In this document: positions 41,001-54,799 of the stretch, one piece after another | How the letters are laid out: every line of letters starts with the position of its first letter | Numbering within the stretch: the first letter of the stretch is position 1 | NCBI GenBank assembly: GCA_951406725.2 | Contig: OX597826.1 | Span: 43,152,001-43,216,000, forward strand | DNA: 64,000 bases | Direction of reading: 5' to 3' | Source: Octopus vulgaris | Taxonomy: Eukaryota | Notes under the pieces: model-generated | The model's input: only the letters and a program-made list of their open reading frames with translations | Databases searched by the model: none | What the model was told of the DNA's origin: nothing | Position numbers and translations under genes: made by a program

Positions 41001-43239
41001 ACTGGTCAATGTAAAAATTAGCCACATCGCCACCGGTCAGTTGGTAGGTCACTTTCCCATTTGTGCCAGAATCTTTATCTATAGCTGTTACTTTTATCAC
41101 AGTGTTATTTTCGGAATGCTTCGCTGGAAGTTTGGGATAATATTTTTCGGGATAAAATGCTGGCCTATTGTCATTTATATCTAACAGTTTGAGGGAAACG
41201 GTACAAGTCGACGACAGAGGTGCCTCGCCAATATCAAACGCGACAACTTTTATCAGATAAAGTTCGTTTTCTTCACGGTCAAGACTTTTGATTGTTGTCA
41301 AACGCCCGGATGTTGAATTCAGGTGGAATGTTTTCGGATACAACTCTATAACATCTGAGTGCAAAGCATATCTTAAAGTTCCATTTAATCCCATATCTCT
41401 GTCTTCAGCTCGAAGAGTAAGAATTTCTTCACCAGCAGGAAGTTGTTCTTCCATCTCAACAGTATAAGATGTCTTGCTAAAAGTCGGTGGCATATCATTA
41501 ATATCCAGTAAAGTAATGTTAACAGTGGTATACTCTTTATAGGGCTTAAATCCCCCATCTTGAGCTGAAATATTTAAAATGACAACTGAACTTACTTCAT
41601 AGTCTAACGGTGCCACTGTCACGAGAAGACCCGTTCTGTTATTAATACTAAACCAATTAAATTTGTTGCCACCATTAATTTTGTAAGTTATCTGAGAGTT
41701 CAAGCCACAATCGGAATCTTTGGCCGTTACAGCAGTAACAAAACTACCCACCGGTATCGTTTCACTGAGGACAGCAAAATATTTGGACGGATCGAATTTA
41801 GGCGGATGATCGTTAATATCGTTAACATAAATCACAAGGTGAGCAGTAGAACTTAAAGGAGGGTCGCCCATGTCCACAGCCAGCAAAGTCAGGTTATAGA
41901 CATGTACTTTCTCCCGGTCAAGACTCAAAACAACTACCAAAACACTGACCTTGTAACCGCGAATAAGTCTGAAGTGACCAAGTTGATTCCCATCAATAAT
42001 TGACAAAGACACATTACCATTCATACCATCATCCAAATCGTTTACAGTAATTATAGTCACGTAGGTGCCATTTATTGCATTTTCGTTAACTGCAGAATAA
42101 TCCTTCGATGAATCCGGCTGGTGCTGAAATTCGATGACGGGAGCATGGTCATTTTGATCTATGATGTGTACATTTAAATAGGCCCTCCCAGTTAAGTGCT
42201 CTGGGCCATTATCAGTAGCTAGCAGTATTAAAAAACACATTTTCTCTCCTGTGTTTTGCTGACAGTTTAATTTTCTTGTTGTGGTCACTACACCTGTATA
42301 ACGGTCGATTTCAAACTGTCCGGAGTCCTTATTATTTTCAATAGAGTAAGTTATAGCTTTGTTGTTACCCTGGTCAAGGTCCGACGCCTCTACTTGAATA
42401 ACTGTTGTACCGGGTGGGGCAGTTTCGTTCACATTAGCAGCATACACACTCATATGGAATGTAGGGTAGTTATCATTGATGTCTGCCACTGTAATATTCA
42501 CTAAAAGAAACCCAACCATAGGGGGATTCCCGTGATCAATAGCAGAAATGTTCAACTGATAATATTCTTTTTCTTCCCGATTAAGTTTTACAGTATTTTG
42601 TATGTACAATATCCGAGGAATTTGTGGGTAGGGAGGTTCCTGAATAAGAGCAAATTTTCCTTCTTCATTACCCGAAATTATTGTATAATTAGTAATTAAA
42701 CTATTTTTCCCTTCGTCTTTATCGGAAGCTAATGGTACCATGAGTTTGTTGTTGTCATCGGATTCTTCGGCAAAACGAATGGCATAACTATCTTTAGGGA
42801 AAGTTGGTGGGTTGTCGTTTTTGTCTCGGACAGTTATTTTCATTTCAATTGAATGTGACGGTGGTTGTGTGAGAACCACGATTATAACGGGTTTGTTCGA
42901 GTGCTTAAGACTTTCCCGGTCTAAAGGTTTGGCAGTGACAACAACTCCGGTATATTCATCCAGGGCAAAATTAACATGATCTGGCAGGGAAGTTCGACTA
43001 CTGATATAAACCGTAGAACCTGCCTCAACGGTAATATTACCAACACGCGTACCCACGGGTACATTTTCATCTATGTAAAAATGGTAAGGCTCACCCGGTG
43101 TTGGATGATTAAAAGAACCAGGCCCCTGGCCTTGGGCAAAAGCGACTAGAAACTGGATGAAGGCGACAATAATTACACGGTATAAAGTTTTAGTCGGACA
43201 TAAGTCCCTAGATGTCTTTAGGCCAAGTGAGATGGCCAT
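38023..43239 (-). CDS. FAT4: Fat/FAT4-type giant cadherin (protocadherin Fat 4 / Drosophila fat-like), first coding exon, 1739 codons: signal peptide plus about 16 extracellular cadherin repeats
   Basis: Uninterrupted ORF with ATG at 43239 (MAISLG...VIIVAFIQFLVAFAQG, a hydrophobic signal peptide). It has repeated DxNDN/HxP linkers and LDRE/LDYE and AxDxG motifs. EC3-EC5 (KLNCQQNTGEKMCFLILLATDNG, NENAINGT, DGNQLGHFRL, TAHLVIYVNDINDHPP) closely resembles Drosophila Fat as I recall it. A canonical GAG|GTGAGT donor at 38023/38022 is phase 0; the last ORF residues (VSCYIFYFI) are intronic. Confidence 0.9.
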
Positions 43240-43899
43240 ATTAACTCCTACCTCAATAAATTGTATAATAAAGCGGACAAGACAGGCATGTCTGTTTTGC
43301 TTTAATGCGTGCAGGTAACTAACGTACACCTGACATGTTCCTTATTACAAGGGACCCTAATCAAATTGTGTAGCACACACATCTTTCATTTAAAGTTTTA
43401 AGAAAACATTATGTAGATATACATGTGTGTATGTATGCATGTATGTATACATGTAAATAATCACAAACACAAATAAGGGGACAGTACCTTTAAAACGCTG
43501 GTGAAAGAAGACGTTATCAGAGAAAAGGTAAACCCATAACAATCCTCGTGGGTGTTCAGTAATGTAGTGCTCGGTCCCAGAGACAATGCACCCCTTAACC
43601 AAAATTAAATAATAATGATAATAATAATAATAATAATAAATCCAATAGTTATTCCACAGAAAGAATTAATGTTCCGCTGAAATGGTCACAGTGCTGTGGT
43701 GTAAAACATTTCTTTTTCCACGTGTATCTGAAGGATGTCATTGATGCTGAAGAAATCCAAGTAAATAAGAGGTAGCAAGGCGATAATGAGTAAACGTGTG
43801 TGAGTCCAAAAAGAAGTGAAGTTAATGCCGAGCTAGCTGTGCCAGCACACTAAGTAATAATACACACACAAACACACATATATACACACACACTAGCTG

Positions 43900-44720
43900 T
43901 CTACAGCTGTAGTAGTTGGCAATACTACTAGACACATGGGGATGTCGGAAGTTTTCTGTCTATATCAGTCGGTGATAGTCAGTCAGCCCGGTAAGACAGA
44001 GAAAGACAACGAGGCTTCTGTCGTCAGTGAGTGGACGTATTCAACTGGCCGTTTCTATTGGTTCAGTCCCTTGAAAGACCTCCTGCTGATGATAGATATA
44101 TATATATACAAAGCCACGCTCGGTTTCACCCACTTCTCGATGATGGTGAGTGTGTGTGCATATATACATACATATATATCTCTGTGTATATATATATATA
44201 TATGTATGTTTATATAATATGTGTGTGCATTTATTTACGTTTGTGTGTGTAAATACTTATATATATAGATATATAGATGTCGGTATATCTATCTATATAT
44301 GTATGTATGTATAATCGTGCGTGTGTGCATACACTTTATAGATAGAAATCTACAAAACACCTCGTGCTTTTCATTATATACTCCGTGTGTATATCTAACT
44401 TCTGTACATGTTTAAAACGCACACACATCCACTCACAAGACATCAATGCACCTTGCTTTTAATTGCTCAGCTCACAAAATAGTATCATTAATATTATTAT
44501 TATTATTACTGCACATTTCCATACTTTTTTCTCTCATTCTTATTTCATTTTAAAGAAGACACACAAAAGACAAACGAGAAGCGACGGTCAAGAGCGACTT
44601 TGCCTTTCTGATGGTTTGGTTTATTATACTTGCTAACGTCTACTGCCTGCATGTCAGAGTGGGCGGAGCTTACACCCCAGCCCCGCCACCCGAAAGAATG
44701 ATTGACACAACACATTCACT
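43900..44720 (-). promoter_or_regulatory. Candidate promoter / 5' UTR region of Fat
   Basis: Unique, CpG-retaining sequence upstream of the ATG, with CCAAT on the minus strand (about 44056-44060) and GC boxes (GGGCGG / CCCCGCC) at about 44660-44690. No transcript evidence. Confidence 0.3.
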
Positions 44721-45020
44721 TCAATTGACACAACAATACAGTTCGTCTCTCACAGCTTCAGTTATATACTACTTTCAAGTGCCCCATTCCAGTGAAATGT
44801 TTTAGTTTTTTGTTTTTCCTTCTTTTAGTTCATTATATATATATAGAGAGAGAGAGGCAGATAGATTGGCATGTGTGTGCTTCATTAGCAAGAATGATAA
44901 TTTTTTAATGTGATATTGTTAGGAAACCTTTATCAATTAAGACAAATTGGATTGGATTATACAATTAATATTTCGGATTTCTTTCTTCTGATTAATCCGT
45001 CACCAAGTGAACACACACAC

Positions 45021-45068
<48 letters not shown>

Positions 45069-45107
45069 CACACACATATATATATATATATACTCTAACA
45101 CACACAG

Positions 45108-45199
<92 letters not shown>

Positions 45200-47039
45200 T
45201 CTAACAAGGAGAGCTGGCTATATATATGTATATATATTAAACAAAGCAAAACTTATTTCTAAAAATGTATAAAATACGAAAGAAAAAAATGCATTATCAA
45301 ATTTTATTGAAGTCAGGTAAAAAAATAAATTTTTCATTTGTATTATATATTTTTGTCATTTAATTGTTAATCAAGGTAGCGCTTATATTTTGTGTACCCA
45401 GTGCAGTTGGAGTTCTAAGTAAGTTTAAACTTATTAATTTAGCGATGGGCAAGAGTTTCAATCAAAATATTTAACTGTAAACATTACTGCAGACCGGTTC
45501 CTCGTTCAATTTGGTCGTTGGTGCATTGAAAAGACAGTATTTTTCGTCCGTGTTCTTCTTATTTTTTCTTTTCACTGTATCATTAATATCATTTTTTGAG
45601 AAGTAAGATGTTGGAATTAGAAATAAAATATAAGCCACTACACAAACATGCAAGTAAAACTAGATTGCAACGTAATTCTGTGGTGTTTTTAGGAGTAAAT
45701 AATATAAATACTTAAGAGAAAGCATGTAAGGTAGAAAGCTTAGGAAACGGGAGAAAGAATCAAGTTGGATAGAAAGAATGAAGAAAATAGCAGAGTAAGT
45801 AGGCGAACGAATGGAGATGAAGATAGCGAGTGAGTGAGCTGGGGACGGTGAAATGAGAGATGTCGACGGATTAAGTGAGAATGAGAGAGAAGGAAAGGAT
45901 TTCAGAGGAGGATTAAAAGAAGGTGAAAAATAGAAGTGAGTGATGTGAAAGCCAGAAAGAGAGAAGAAATGTTAACAAGTGATCATGTAACCATTGTAGG
46001 CGCGAAACCGGAGCAACGCGTTTGCCAACTTTAATTATCTGGACATGACACTTTCCTTTGAAGTTTTGATTAATAAATTCTCAGGTATTGCTTATCTTAT
46101 TATTGTCTGTTTTTATTTTTTGTTTTCTTTCCTCCGCGGTTAAGATATTCGATTTGAAGTAATGGTTTATCAGAGAAACAAAACAAAGATTTATTTGTTC
46201 GGATGGCATTCTTGAAAAAGAAAAAGAAAATCTATCTTATCCAGTGTGAAAAAAAATATCTATATAGAATGAATTACTTTAAATTCTGACAGTGAAAATG
46301 ATAATTGTCACTTCCTGTAAGAAACTATATACTATATTAAAAGAACGTTCGGTCCACAAAATAACTAGTTTGCGGTTTAAACATATTTGAAACATGCGGT
46401 GAAAACAAACTGAACAGACCTAGGGGTTCTCTTCACTTTTTTTTTTTGCAGTGTGTATGTGATAAACTTTTTTCCTCTAAATTTAAAAACAGTCTTTAAA
46501 CAAAAAAAAAATGCTCTCTTTTCCTTCTTTCCAGTTTGAGTTTTCTATTCAAATAATTGCAGAGAGCTCAATAAATCTGTCGGAGAAGCCAGAGTTAACA
46601 TTAAAATATATTCACAGCACGATATTTTCCTGTCATTGTTCTTGTTGTTTGTTTATTCATGCCTTCTTCCTACCACAACAACCCGCTTCGAAAATACAAG
46701 AAAAAAAATTATTTTCCCTCGCTTCCGGAGACAAACGACTCAAAGTAAATTTGGTGTAGTATGTTTCCACTTTAACGCTAGGAAACTATCTTACTATATC
46801 GATGCTGCATCACTGACTGCTCCCCCCTCTCTCTGTCTCTCTCTCTCGTTCCCACCTTCTCTATCTCTCCTTTCTTCTTTCTCTCTCCACCGCTCAATGT
46901 CTACCTGTCTCTATCGTTCCTCCCTCTCTCTCTCTTTCCTTCTACACTACTGCCTTTATCGGGGAGCTTTTTCTCTCTAATATTCTCTTACTCGTTTTTT
47001 GATACATTCCTCTCTGCAGGTAAATCTTCTTGATACACT

Positions 47040-47300
47040 CAGCAAACACCACACACACACACAAACACACGCTGCAAACGTATATGCACACACGCACTTG
47101 AACTTCATACATACACACTCGCGCACATACAACACATATACACGCGCACATAAACTTCATATACACACTCATGCGCACACACGCAGAAACTTCACATATA
47201 TACACACTCGTGCGCGCACACGTACAGACTTCACTTATACACACTCGTGCGCACACACGCACAAACTTCACATATATACATTCGTGCGCACACACAGCAC
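47040..47300. repeat. Degenerate minisatellite of about 36-40 bp (AACTTCACATATACACACTCGTGCGCACACACGC)
   Basis: AACTTCA/GACTTCA recurs five times. Confidence 0.7.
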
Positions 47301-47634
47301 ATATTCACGCTCAGACACGCCTAACCGGGATATACTAGCATACTTACACACCTCCCAAATACACGCACACACGTAACATATATAGGTGCGCGCACACACA
47401 GGCATCTAACATATACACCTTCCCACAAACAACAAACATCATTCGTATCGCACTCCAACAATACTCATATATAACCCCCCCCTTACAATAACTAGCTACC
47501 AAGTCATACCATACATACATACATACATACATATATACATACATACACACATACCTATCTATCTATCTATATGTGTGTGTGTGTGTATGCCACTTTTCAC
47601 TTTGACTCTCAGAACCGTATAATTATATGCAGTG

Positions 47635-47718
<84 letters not shown>

Positions 47719-48024
47719 GGGGGGGGAGACATACATAGACACATGTATGCATGTGTCAACGTATGTATAAACTGCACAAGACAAACGCTTTGCATCTGAT
47801 CTCTGTTACAAATCTTTAGAAGTTTTTCTTTTTTTTCTTTTTACAGAAAACAAAAATCCTAAAATCCTCACAGAATAATATATATATAAATATAAGGATA
47901 TATAAGTATAGGATTCACTCCAAAAATTTAAATTATTGTCAAGGGAAAAAAATACTTTTCCGTTTGTTTAGCGACAGTGTGTGTTTGTATATGAGCGTTG
48001 TTATAGTGTTGTACTCAACGTGGA

Positions 48025-48397
48025 ACTCCTTCGGTTACGACGACGAGGGTTCCAGTTGATCCGATCAACGGAACAGCCTGCTCGTGAAATTAACGGCAAG
48101 TGGCTGAGCACTCCACAGACACATGTACCCTTAACGTAGTTCTCGGGGAGATTCAGCGTGAAACAGAGTGTGACAAGGCTGGCCCTTTGAAATACATGTA
48201 CAACAGAAACAGAAAGAGTGAGAGAAAGTTGTGGTGAAAGAGTACAGCAGGGTTCGCCACCGCCCGCTGACGGAGCTTCGTGGAGATTAAGCTGTTTTCA
48301 GCTCAATAAACACTCACAACGCCCTGTCTGGGATTCGAAACAGCGATCCTACGATCTCGATTCCGCTGCCCTAACCACTGGGTCATTGCGCCTCCAC
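48025..48397 (-). mobile_element. tRNA-derived SINE family D
   Basis: Head GTGGAGGCGCAATGACCCAGTGGTTAG...TTCGAATCCC. Confidence 0.8.
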
Positions 48398-48541
48398 AGT
48401 GTGGCACAACACATATCAGTATGTATTATATATGTTTGTGTGTGTGTATGTATATATATATATGCGTGTGTGTGTGTGTGTGTGTATAGGACGCCACATT
48501 TGGTTGGCAATTGTATATACGTGTGTATATGTGTGTGTGTG

Positions 48542-48602
<61 letters not shown>

Positions 48603-48789
48603 ATAAATATAAGAATATATAAGTGAAGGATTCACCCAAAATTGTAAATTATTGTCAAGGGAAAAAATACTTTTCGTTTGTTTAGTGACAGCGTGAATGT
48701 CGAACAGAGCTGTATGCGAGTATAGATAGGTAAGCTACTGTTGTGTGCCTGACTGTAAGCCGGTGTAGCGTGTGTGAATGTAGGCTAGT

Positions 48790-48833
<44 letters not shown>

Positions 48834-48950
48834 GAGGCCAGTTCCAAGCCATCTGTTTTGGAAGTTGTCAAAGAAATCTGTTTTAATCATTCCTCTTTCA
48901 TAACACACATCTAGCTTAAGTCATTTTTATGAAATGTTCTTTTGCTTTAC

Positions 48951-48998
<48 letters not shown>

Positions 48999-49320
48999 CT
49001 GGGTGGAATATTTTACTTTCTTATAAGTATTACTAATATATACGCGCGCGCGCGCGTGTGTGTGTGCGAGGGCGCACACAGACACACATATGAATATATG
49101 TATGTATATACATATGTGTGTGTGAGTATATATATATGAATATGCGTGTATATATATATATAAAATAAAAAATTGCATGTGAATATATATATATATATAT
49201 ATATATATCCTTAAAAATGTTTTAGCCATATCTATATGTCTGTTTATGTCACACGTATGTATTTACATACGTATATGTATAATATATACAATTCATATAA
49301 GTATGCATTATATAACACTA

Positions 49321-49355
<35 letters not shown>

Positions 49356-49640
49356 CACGCAAATGTACAGTATTGGCCTTGCAGGGATTCCTACCAAGAG
49401 AACGTTCGTTTGCCGTCTGACTTAGGTAAAGCACGAAATGAATGTTAGATAATAACAATTATATTTGCAGGAGGTGTGAAAGTGCTGTACGTACGTCATC
49501 AGAACCAACTAAACCCTCTGGTGGCTACGCACGTATTTGTATGTATGTATGTATGTGAGCGTGTATGTATGTGTGTTTTTATGTATGTATCAATGTAGAG
49601 GTGCGTGACTCGGTGTGTGTGTGTGTGTGTACATATATAC

Positions 49641-49697
<57 letters not shown>

Positions 49698-49875
49698 GAT
49701 GTGTGTGTGTGTGTGGATGTGTGTGCCTACCAAATTAAAAAGTGAATCTGGTTTCAAGGCTTCTGATTAAAAAATACACACACCGTACTGTGTGTATTGA
49801 GTACTTCTAAAATACGTTCACCAATACACACACACATACAAACGTACACACACACACTCGCGGACTGTGGGGATG

Positions 49876-49912
<37 letters not shown>

Positions 49913-49917
49913 GTCTG

Positions 49918-49952
<35 letters not shown>

Positions 49953-49963
49953 GTCTGTCTGTC

Positions 49964-50015
<52 letters not shown>

Positions 50016-50031
50016 CATACACATACACAGA

Positions 50032-50085
<54 letters not shown>

Positions 50086-50164
50086 ATATGTATATCGAGT
50101 TCTAGCACTATTTGTATCGTTATGCCTAAGCGAAATCTTACAATTCAGTGTGTGTGTGCACGTG

Positions 50165-50646
<482 letters not shown>

Positions 50647-50649
<3 letters not shown>

Positions 50650-51040
50650 GCAGTATCGCCCGGCGTTGCTCGGGTTTGTAAGGGAAATAATTATATAAGC
50701 ATTTTTAGAGATGTAAAGTATAATAGCCATCTCAATATGGCTAACCACAAAGGGGGAGGGGTGTTACTGTAGCTTTTTACGTTCTGAGATTTAATAATAA
50801 ATTTTAGAGAGTTACTTCCCTTATATATGTCAAAAATGGATTAAAAATGGGAAAAATTGATGGTAAATTTTTTTTAAATCGTAGACTCATCGTAGACGCG
50901 CGCTAATACCCAGACGGTCTCGATATGAATCACGACTATAAGATACCCGGTTTTGGTTAAACTGCACCGCAAAATGTGGGAGTAGTTAGGAATCTAAATC
51001 GTAGGAGACAGACACACAACCTCACTTTTATATATAAAGA
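50647..51040 (-). mobile_element. Non-autonomous Helitron
   Basis: The minus strand begins TCTTTATATATAAAAG and ends with the hairpin CCCGAGCAACGCCGGG followed by CTGCTA. No TIR or TSD. Confidence 0.75.
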
Positions 51041-51206
51041 TTTCCTCTATTTACATAATATTGAGGTCTCTTTCTTTCTTTTGTTATCTTACTGTTTTTA
51101 CCAATATACATATATATATATATATATAAATATATATATATAGTTACAGAGATGTACTTGCATAGCAAGTGACTTGATCTGAGATCGTGTGCTGGAACGA
51201 AAACAG

Positions 51207-51465
51207 TTGCAGCGTTGAAGGTGTTTATAAGCCATTTAAGAAACACACAAAAACCGTTAGATTCACTTCAACATTTAAATTTAATTTGTCAAAATATTTT
51301 CGTCGCTTTGAGACCGCGACCTGTTAGCACGATATTTTTGTCAGTGAACAGGTCGCGGTCTGAAAGCGACGAAAATATTTTGGCAAATTAAATTTAAATG
51401 TTGAAGTGAATGTAACGGTTTTTGTGTGTTTCTTAAATGGCTTACAAACACCTTCCAGGCTGCAA
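51207..51465. repeat. Long inverted repeat (arms about 119 bp, 21-nt loop), probable inverted PLE terminal repeats
   Basis: 51207-51325 pairs with 51347-51465 with few mismatches, and the unit is flanked by (TA)n. Confidence 0.9.
51337..51387 (+). ncRNA. Hammerhead ribozyme variant with G3-C8 swapped core
   Basis: tttgtca-GTGAACA-g-gtcgc-ggtctgaaa-gcgac-GAAA-atat-TT-tggcaaa. Stem I is 7 bp (the inverted copy supplies the perfect partner tgacaaa), stem II is 5 bp and stem III is palindromic. Confidence 0.6.
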
Positions 51466-51487
51466 TATATATATACACACATATATA

Positions 51488-51518
<31 letters not shown>

Positions 51519-51819
51519 GTGTATATGTGTATGCATGTATGTGTGTGTGTGTGCGTGTCTGTGCTTGTGATTGTCCTCCACCACTGCTTGACAACGAATG
51601 TTGGTTTGTTTACATCCCTGTCACCTAGTGGTTTGACAAAGGAAACAGATAGAATAAGTACAATGCTTACAAAAATAAAACTGGAGTTGATTCATTAAAC
51701 TACAATTCTTCAAGGCATTGCCCCAGCTGGAAAATGCAGAAGAATAAAAGAATACATTCTCTGCTTTGGTCTTATGTTCAAGGCATGAGAAAGCTTGAGT
51801 TTACATGAGAAGGCCTAAC

Positions 51820-52476
51820 AGACCTGGTAGAAACAGCATCCAAATCTCCCTCAAATCACACCTTACTGTCTTATGTATGTATATATATATGAGCCAATGA
51901 GGGGGACCTCTACATGGTAGCTAGACCTGGTAGAAATAGCAGCCAAATTTCCCCCAAATCACACCTTACTGTCTTATCTATGTATATATGTATGTATGAG
52001 CCTATGAGGGAGACCCCTACATGGCAGCTAGACCTGGTAGAAATAGCAGCCAAATTTCCCCCAAATACATGGTATATATGTATGTATGAGCCTAGAGACC
52101 TGGCAGTAGACCTGGTAAAATAGCAGCCAAATTTCCCCCAAATCACACCTTACTGTCTTATCTATGTATATATGTATGTATGAGCCTATGAGGGAGACCC
52201 CTACATGGCAGCTAGACCTGGTAGAAATAGCAGCCAAATTTCCCCCAAATCACACCTTACTGTCTTATCTATGTATATATGTATGTATGAGCCTATGAGG
52301 GAGACCCCTACATGGCAGCTAGACCTGGTAGAAATAGCAGCCAAATTTCCCCCAAATCACACCTTACTGTCTTATCTATGTATATATGAGCCTATGAGGG
52401 AGACCCCTACATGGCAGCTAGACCTGGTAGAAATAGCAGCCAAATCTCCCTCAAATCACACCTTACTGTCTTATCT
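51820..52476. repeat. Minisatellite, unit about 107 bp, about 6.5 copies
   Basis: AGACCTGGTA recurs at 51820, 51923, 52030, 52109, 52214, 52321 and 52420. Confidence 0.95.
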
Positions 52477-52499
52477 TTCTGCTACTTGGATATAGGTGT

Positions 52500-52981
52500 T
52501 ATATTCGTCGTAAAAAACTTTCCTGTCACACACTCACGCACACGCACACACACACACACGCACCCTCACACACACACACACGCGCACACCCACACACACC
52601 CATTCACACACGCACGTTAGCTTACAATTTTATTTATATATTTGCGTGTCTATGTGTTGAAAGAGGAAGTGGGAGGCAGAGTGAAAGAATCACTCACTAC
52701 AGTAAGTCAATTACTTTCATTTTATTCGTTGCCCACTGTGTGTGTGCGTTTGCGTGTGGTGTAAACCAGACTAAGAAAAGCATTTGACACACACACCAGA
52801 ATGTGAGTTTTCTGTAAATTTTGCTTAATTGGAGTTTAAATTTTAAAAACTGGACCTGGCATGACGCGATGCATTGTACTCTCAAAAATGCTAGGTAAAT
52901 TGTAATTGAAGAAATCCTATATTGTAGATTTGTATAACTCCCAAAGGGAGGCAGATAAAATCTGCCTTTTATAATAAGAGA
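52500..52981 (-). mobile_element. Helitron-like 5' fragment
   Basis: Minus-strand start TCTCTTATTATAAAAGGCAGATTTTATCTGCC; the 3' end was not identified. Confidence 0.45.
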
Positions 52982-53007
52982 TGTATATATATATATGTAT
53001 GTATATA

Positions 53008-53089
<82 letters not shown>

Positions 53090-53166
53090 CACATATATAT
53101 ATACACATATATACATATATATATATATATACACATATATATATATATATATATACATATATATAC

Positions 53167-53243
<77 letters not shown>

Positions 53244-53266
53244 CATATATATACATATATATATAC

Positions 53267-53364
<98 letters not shown>

Positions 53365-53550
53365 ACATATATATATATATATATACGTATGCATATATAT
53401 ACACATATATATACATATATATACGTATGCATATATATACACATATATATATACATATATATACGTATGCATATATATACCCATATATACATATATATAT
53501 ATGTACATACATATATACACATATACATATATATCTACATATACAAATTT

Positions 53551-53605
<55 letters not shown>
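52982..53605. repeat. (TA/CA)n compound microsatellite
   Basis: Direct reading. Confidence 0.95.
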
Positions 53606-53606
<1 letters not shown>

Positions 53607-54799
53607 TGGGTTGTCTGGAAAGTTCGTCCCGATTTATGATAGCTTACTTTTTCGACTTATTTTAGAAGATGGTTGAGTCCATAAAATAGGATTTGATTAC
53701 ACCTCCATTTAGAGCACGGTTTAAGCTATCTTTTCGTAGAAGAAGGTTTATGTTCCTATAAGCTCTGTTAATTCTGTAACCCTTTAAAATGGAAGATAAG
53801 AAAGTTCATTTTAAGCACGGGATGCTTTTCTTTTTCCGTAAAGGGAAAAATGCCTCACAAGCAACCAAAGAAACATGCGCAGTTTACGGTGATGTTTCTT
53901 TATCCGAAAGAACAGTACAGAAGTGGTTCTCAAGGTTCCGAGCTGAAGATTATAGCCTTATTGATAAAGAGCGACCAGGCAGACCATCTACTACAGACGA
54001 TGGCTAAATCAAGTCATTAATTGAGAATAACCCACATTGCACAACCCGAGAATTGGCAGAAAGCCTCAACCTATCAAAATCCGTCGTTTATGAGCACCTG
54101 GTAAAGCTTGGGTACACAAATCGCTACGACGTTTGGGTACCACATCAGTTTGCTTTTTTAAAGCAAATTGTGACAGGTGACGAGAAATGGATTATCTACC
54201 GAAATGTTCAGAGAAAGTGATCCTGGAGTAAGCAACATGAGCCACCCTTAGTCACCCCAAAAGTAGTTTATCACCTTATAAAAAAGTCTTGATTTGTGTC
54301 TGGTAGGATTGGAAAGGAATTCTGTACTATGAGTTTCTCCCAAGTAACCAGACAATTTATTCTGAGAAATATTGCAAATAACTGGACGAGTTAAAAGCAG
54401 TAATTCAAGAGAAACGTCCAGAATTGGCCAACAGGAAGAGTGTTGTTTTCCAAAATGATAATGCAAGACCGCACGTTTCTTTGGGAACCAGACAAAAATT
54501 GTTGCAGCTCGGCTGAGATGTGTTACCCTACCCTCCATATCCACCAGATATTGCTCCTTCGGATTTCTACTTATTCAGGTCTCTGCAGAATAGTCTTAAT
54601 GGTAAAAATTTCAATTCCTTGGATGACGTAAAAGAAACCTTGATGAATTCTTTGCATGAAACCACCTCAACCCTGGGAAGAGGGTATTTTCGAGTTAAAG
54701 GACAGATGGAGATGCATTGTGCAATAATTTGGTTGATTAAAAATGTAATGGCAAGTATTTATTGAGCTTTTTCTTTCCTTTAAAAATCGGGACGAACTT
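53606..54799 (+). mobile_element. Mariner (Tc1/mariner) transposon, defective
   Basis: Left TIR TTGGGTTGTCTGGAAAGTTCGTCCCGATTT follows a TA; the right TIR AAATCGGGACGAACTT is truncated. Contains a transposase relic. Confidence 0.92.
53789..54735 (+). pseudogene. Mariner transposase pseudogene
   Basis: MEDKKVHF...KWFSRFR...RPGRP, WVPH, IVTGDEKW, DNARPH and PPYPPDIAPSDFYLFRSLQ motifs, with stops, frameshifts and an internal deletion after WVPH. Confidence 0.92.

Noticed and set aside
38023-43239. Clustered protocadherin (cephalopod expansion) or Dachsous
   Set aside because: About 16 EC repeats with no transmembrane segment exceeds the 6-7 of protocadherins, and the EC3-5 motifs fit Fat.
43240-43329. 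30-codon GTG-initiated N-terminal extension of the Fat ORF
   Set aside because: GTG starts are an ORF-caller artefact here, and the ATG at 43239 precedes a signal peptide. CAG|G at 43330 could be an acceptor but lacks a pyrimidine tract.
48320-48397. tRNA-like sequences (also 9430-9504, 30820-30893, 59332-59405)
   Set aside because: These are SINE heads followed by SINE bodies; I could not fold a complete cloverleaf.
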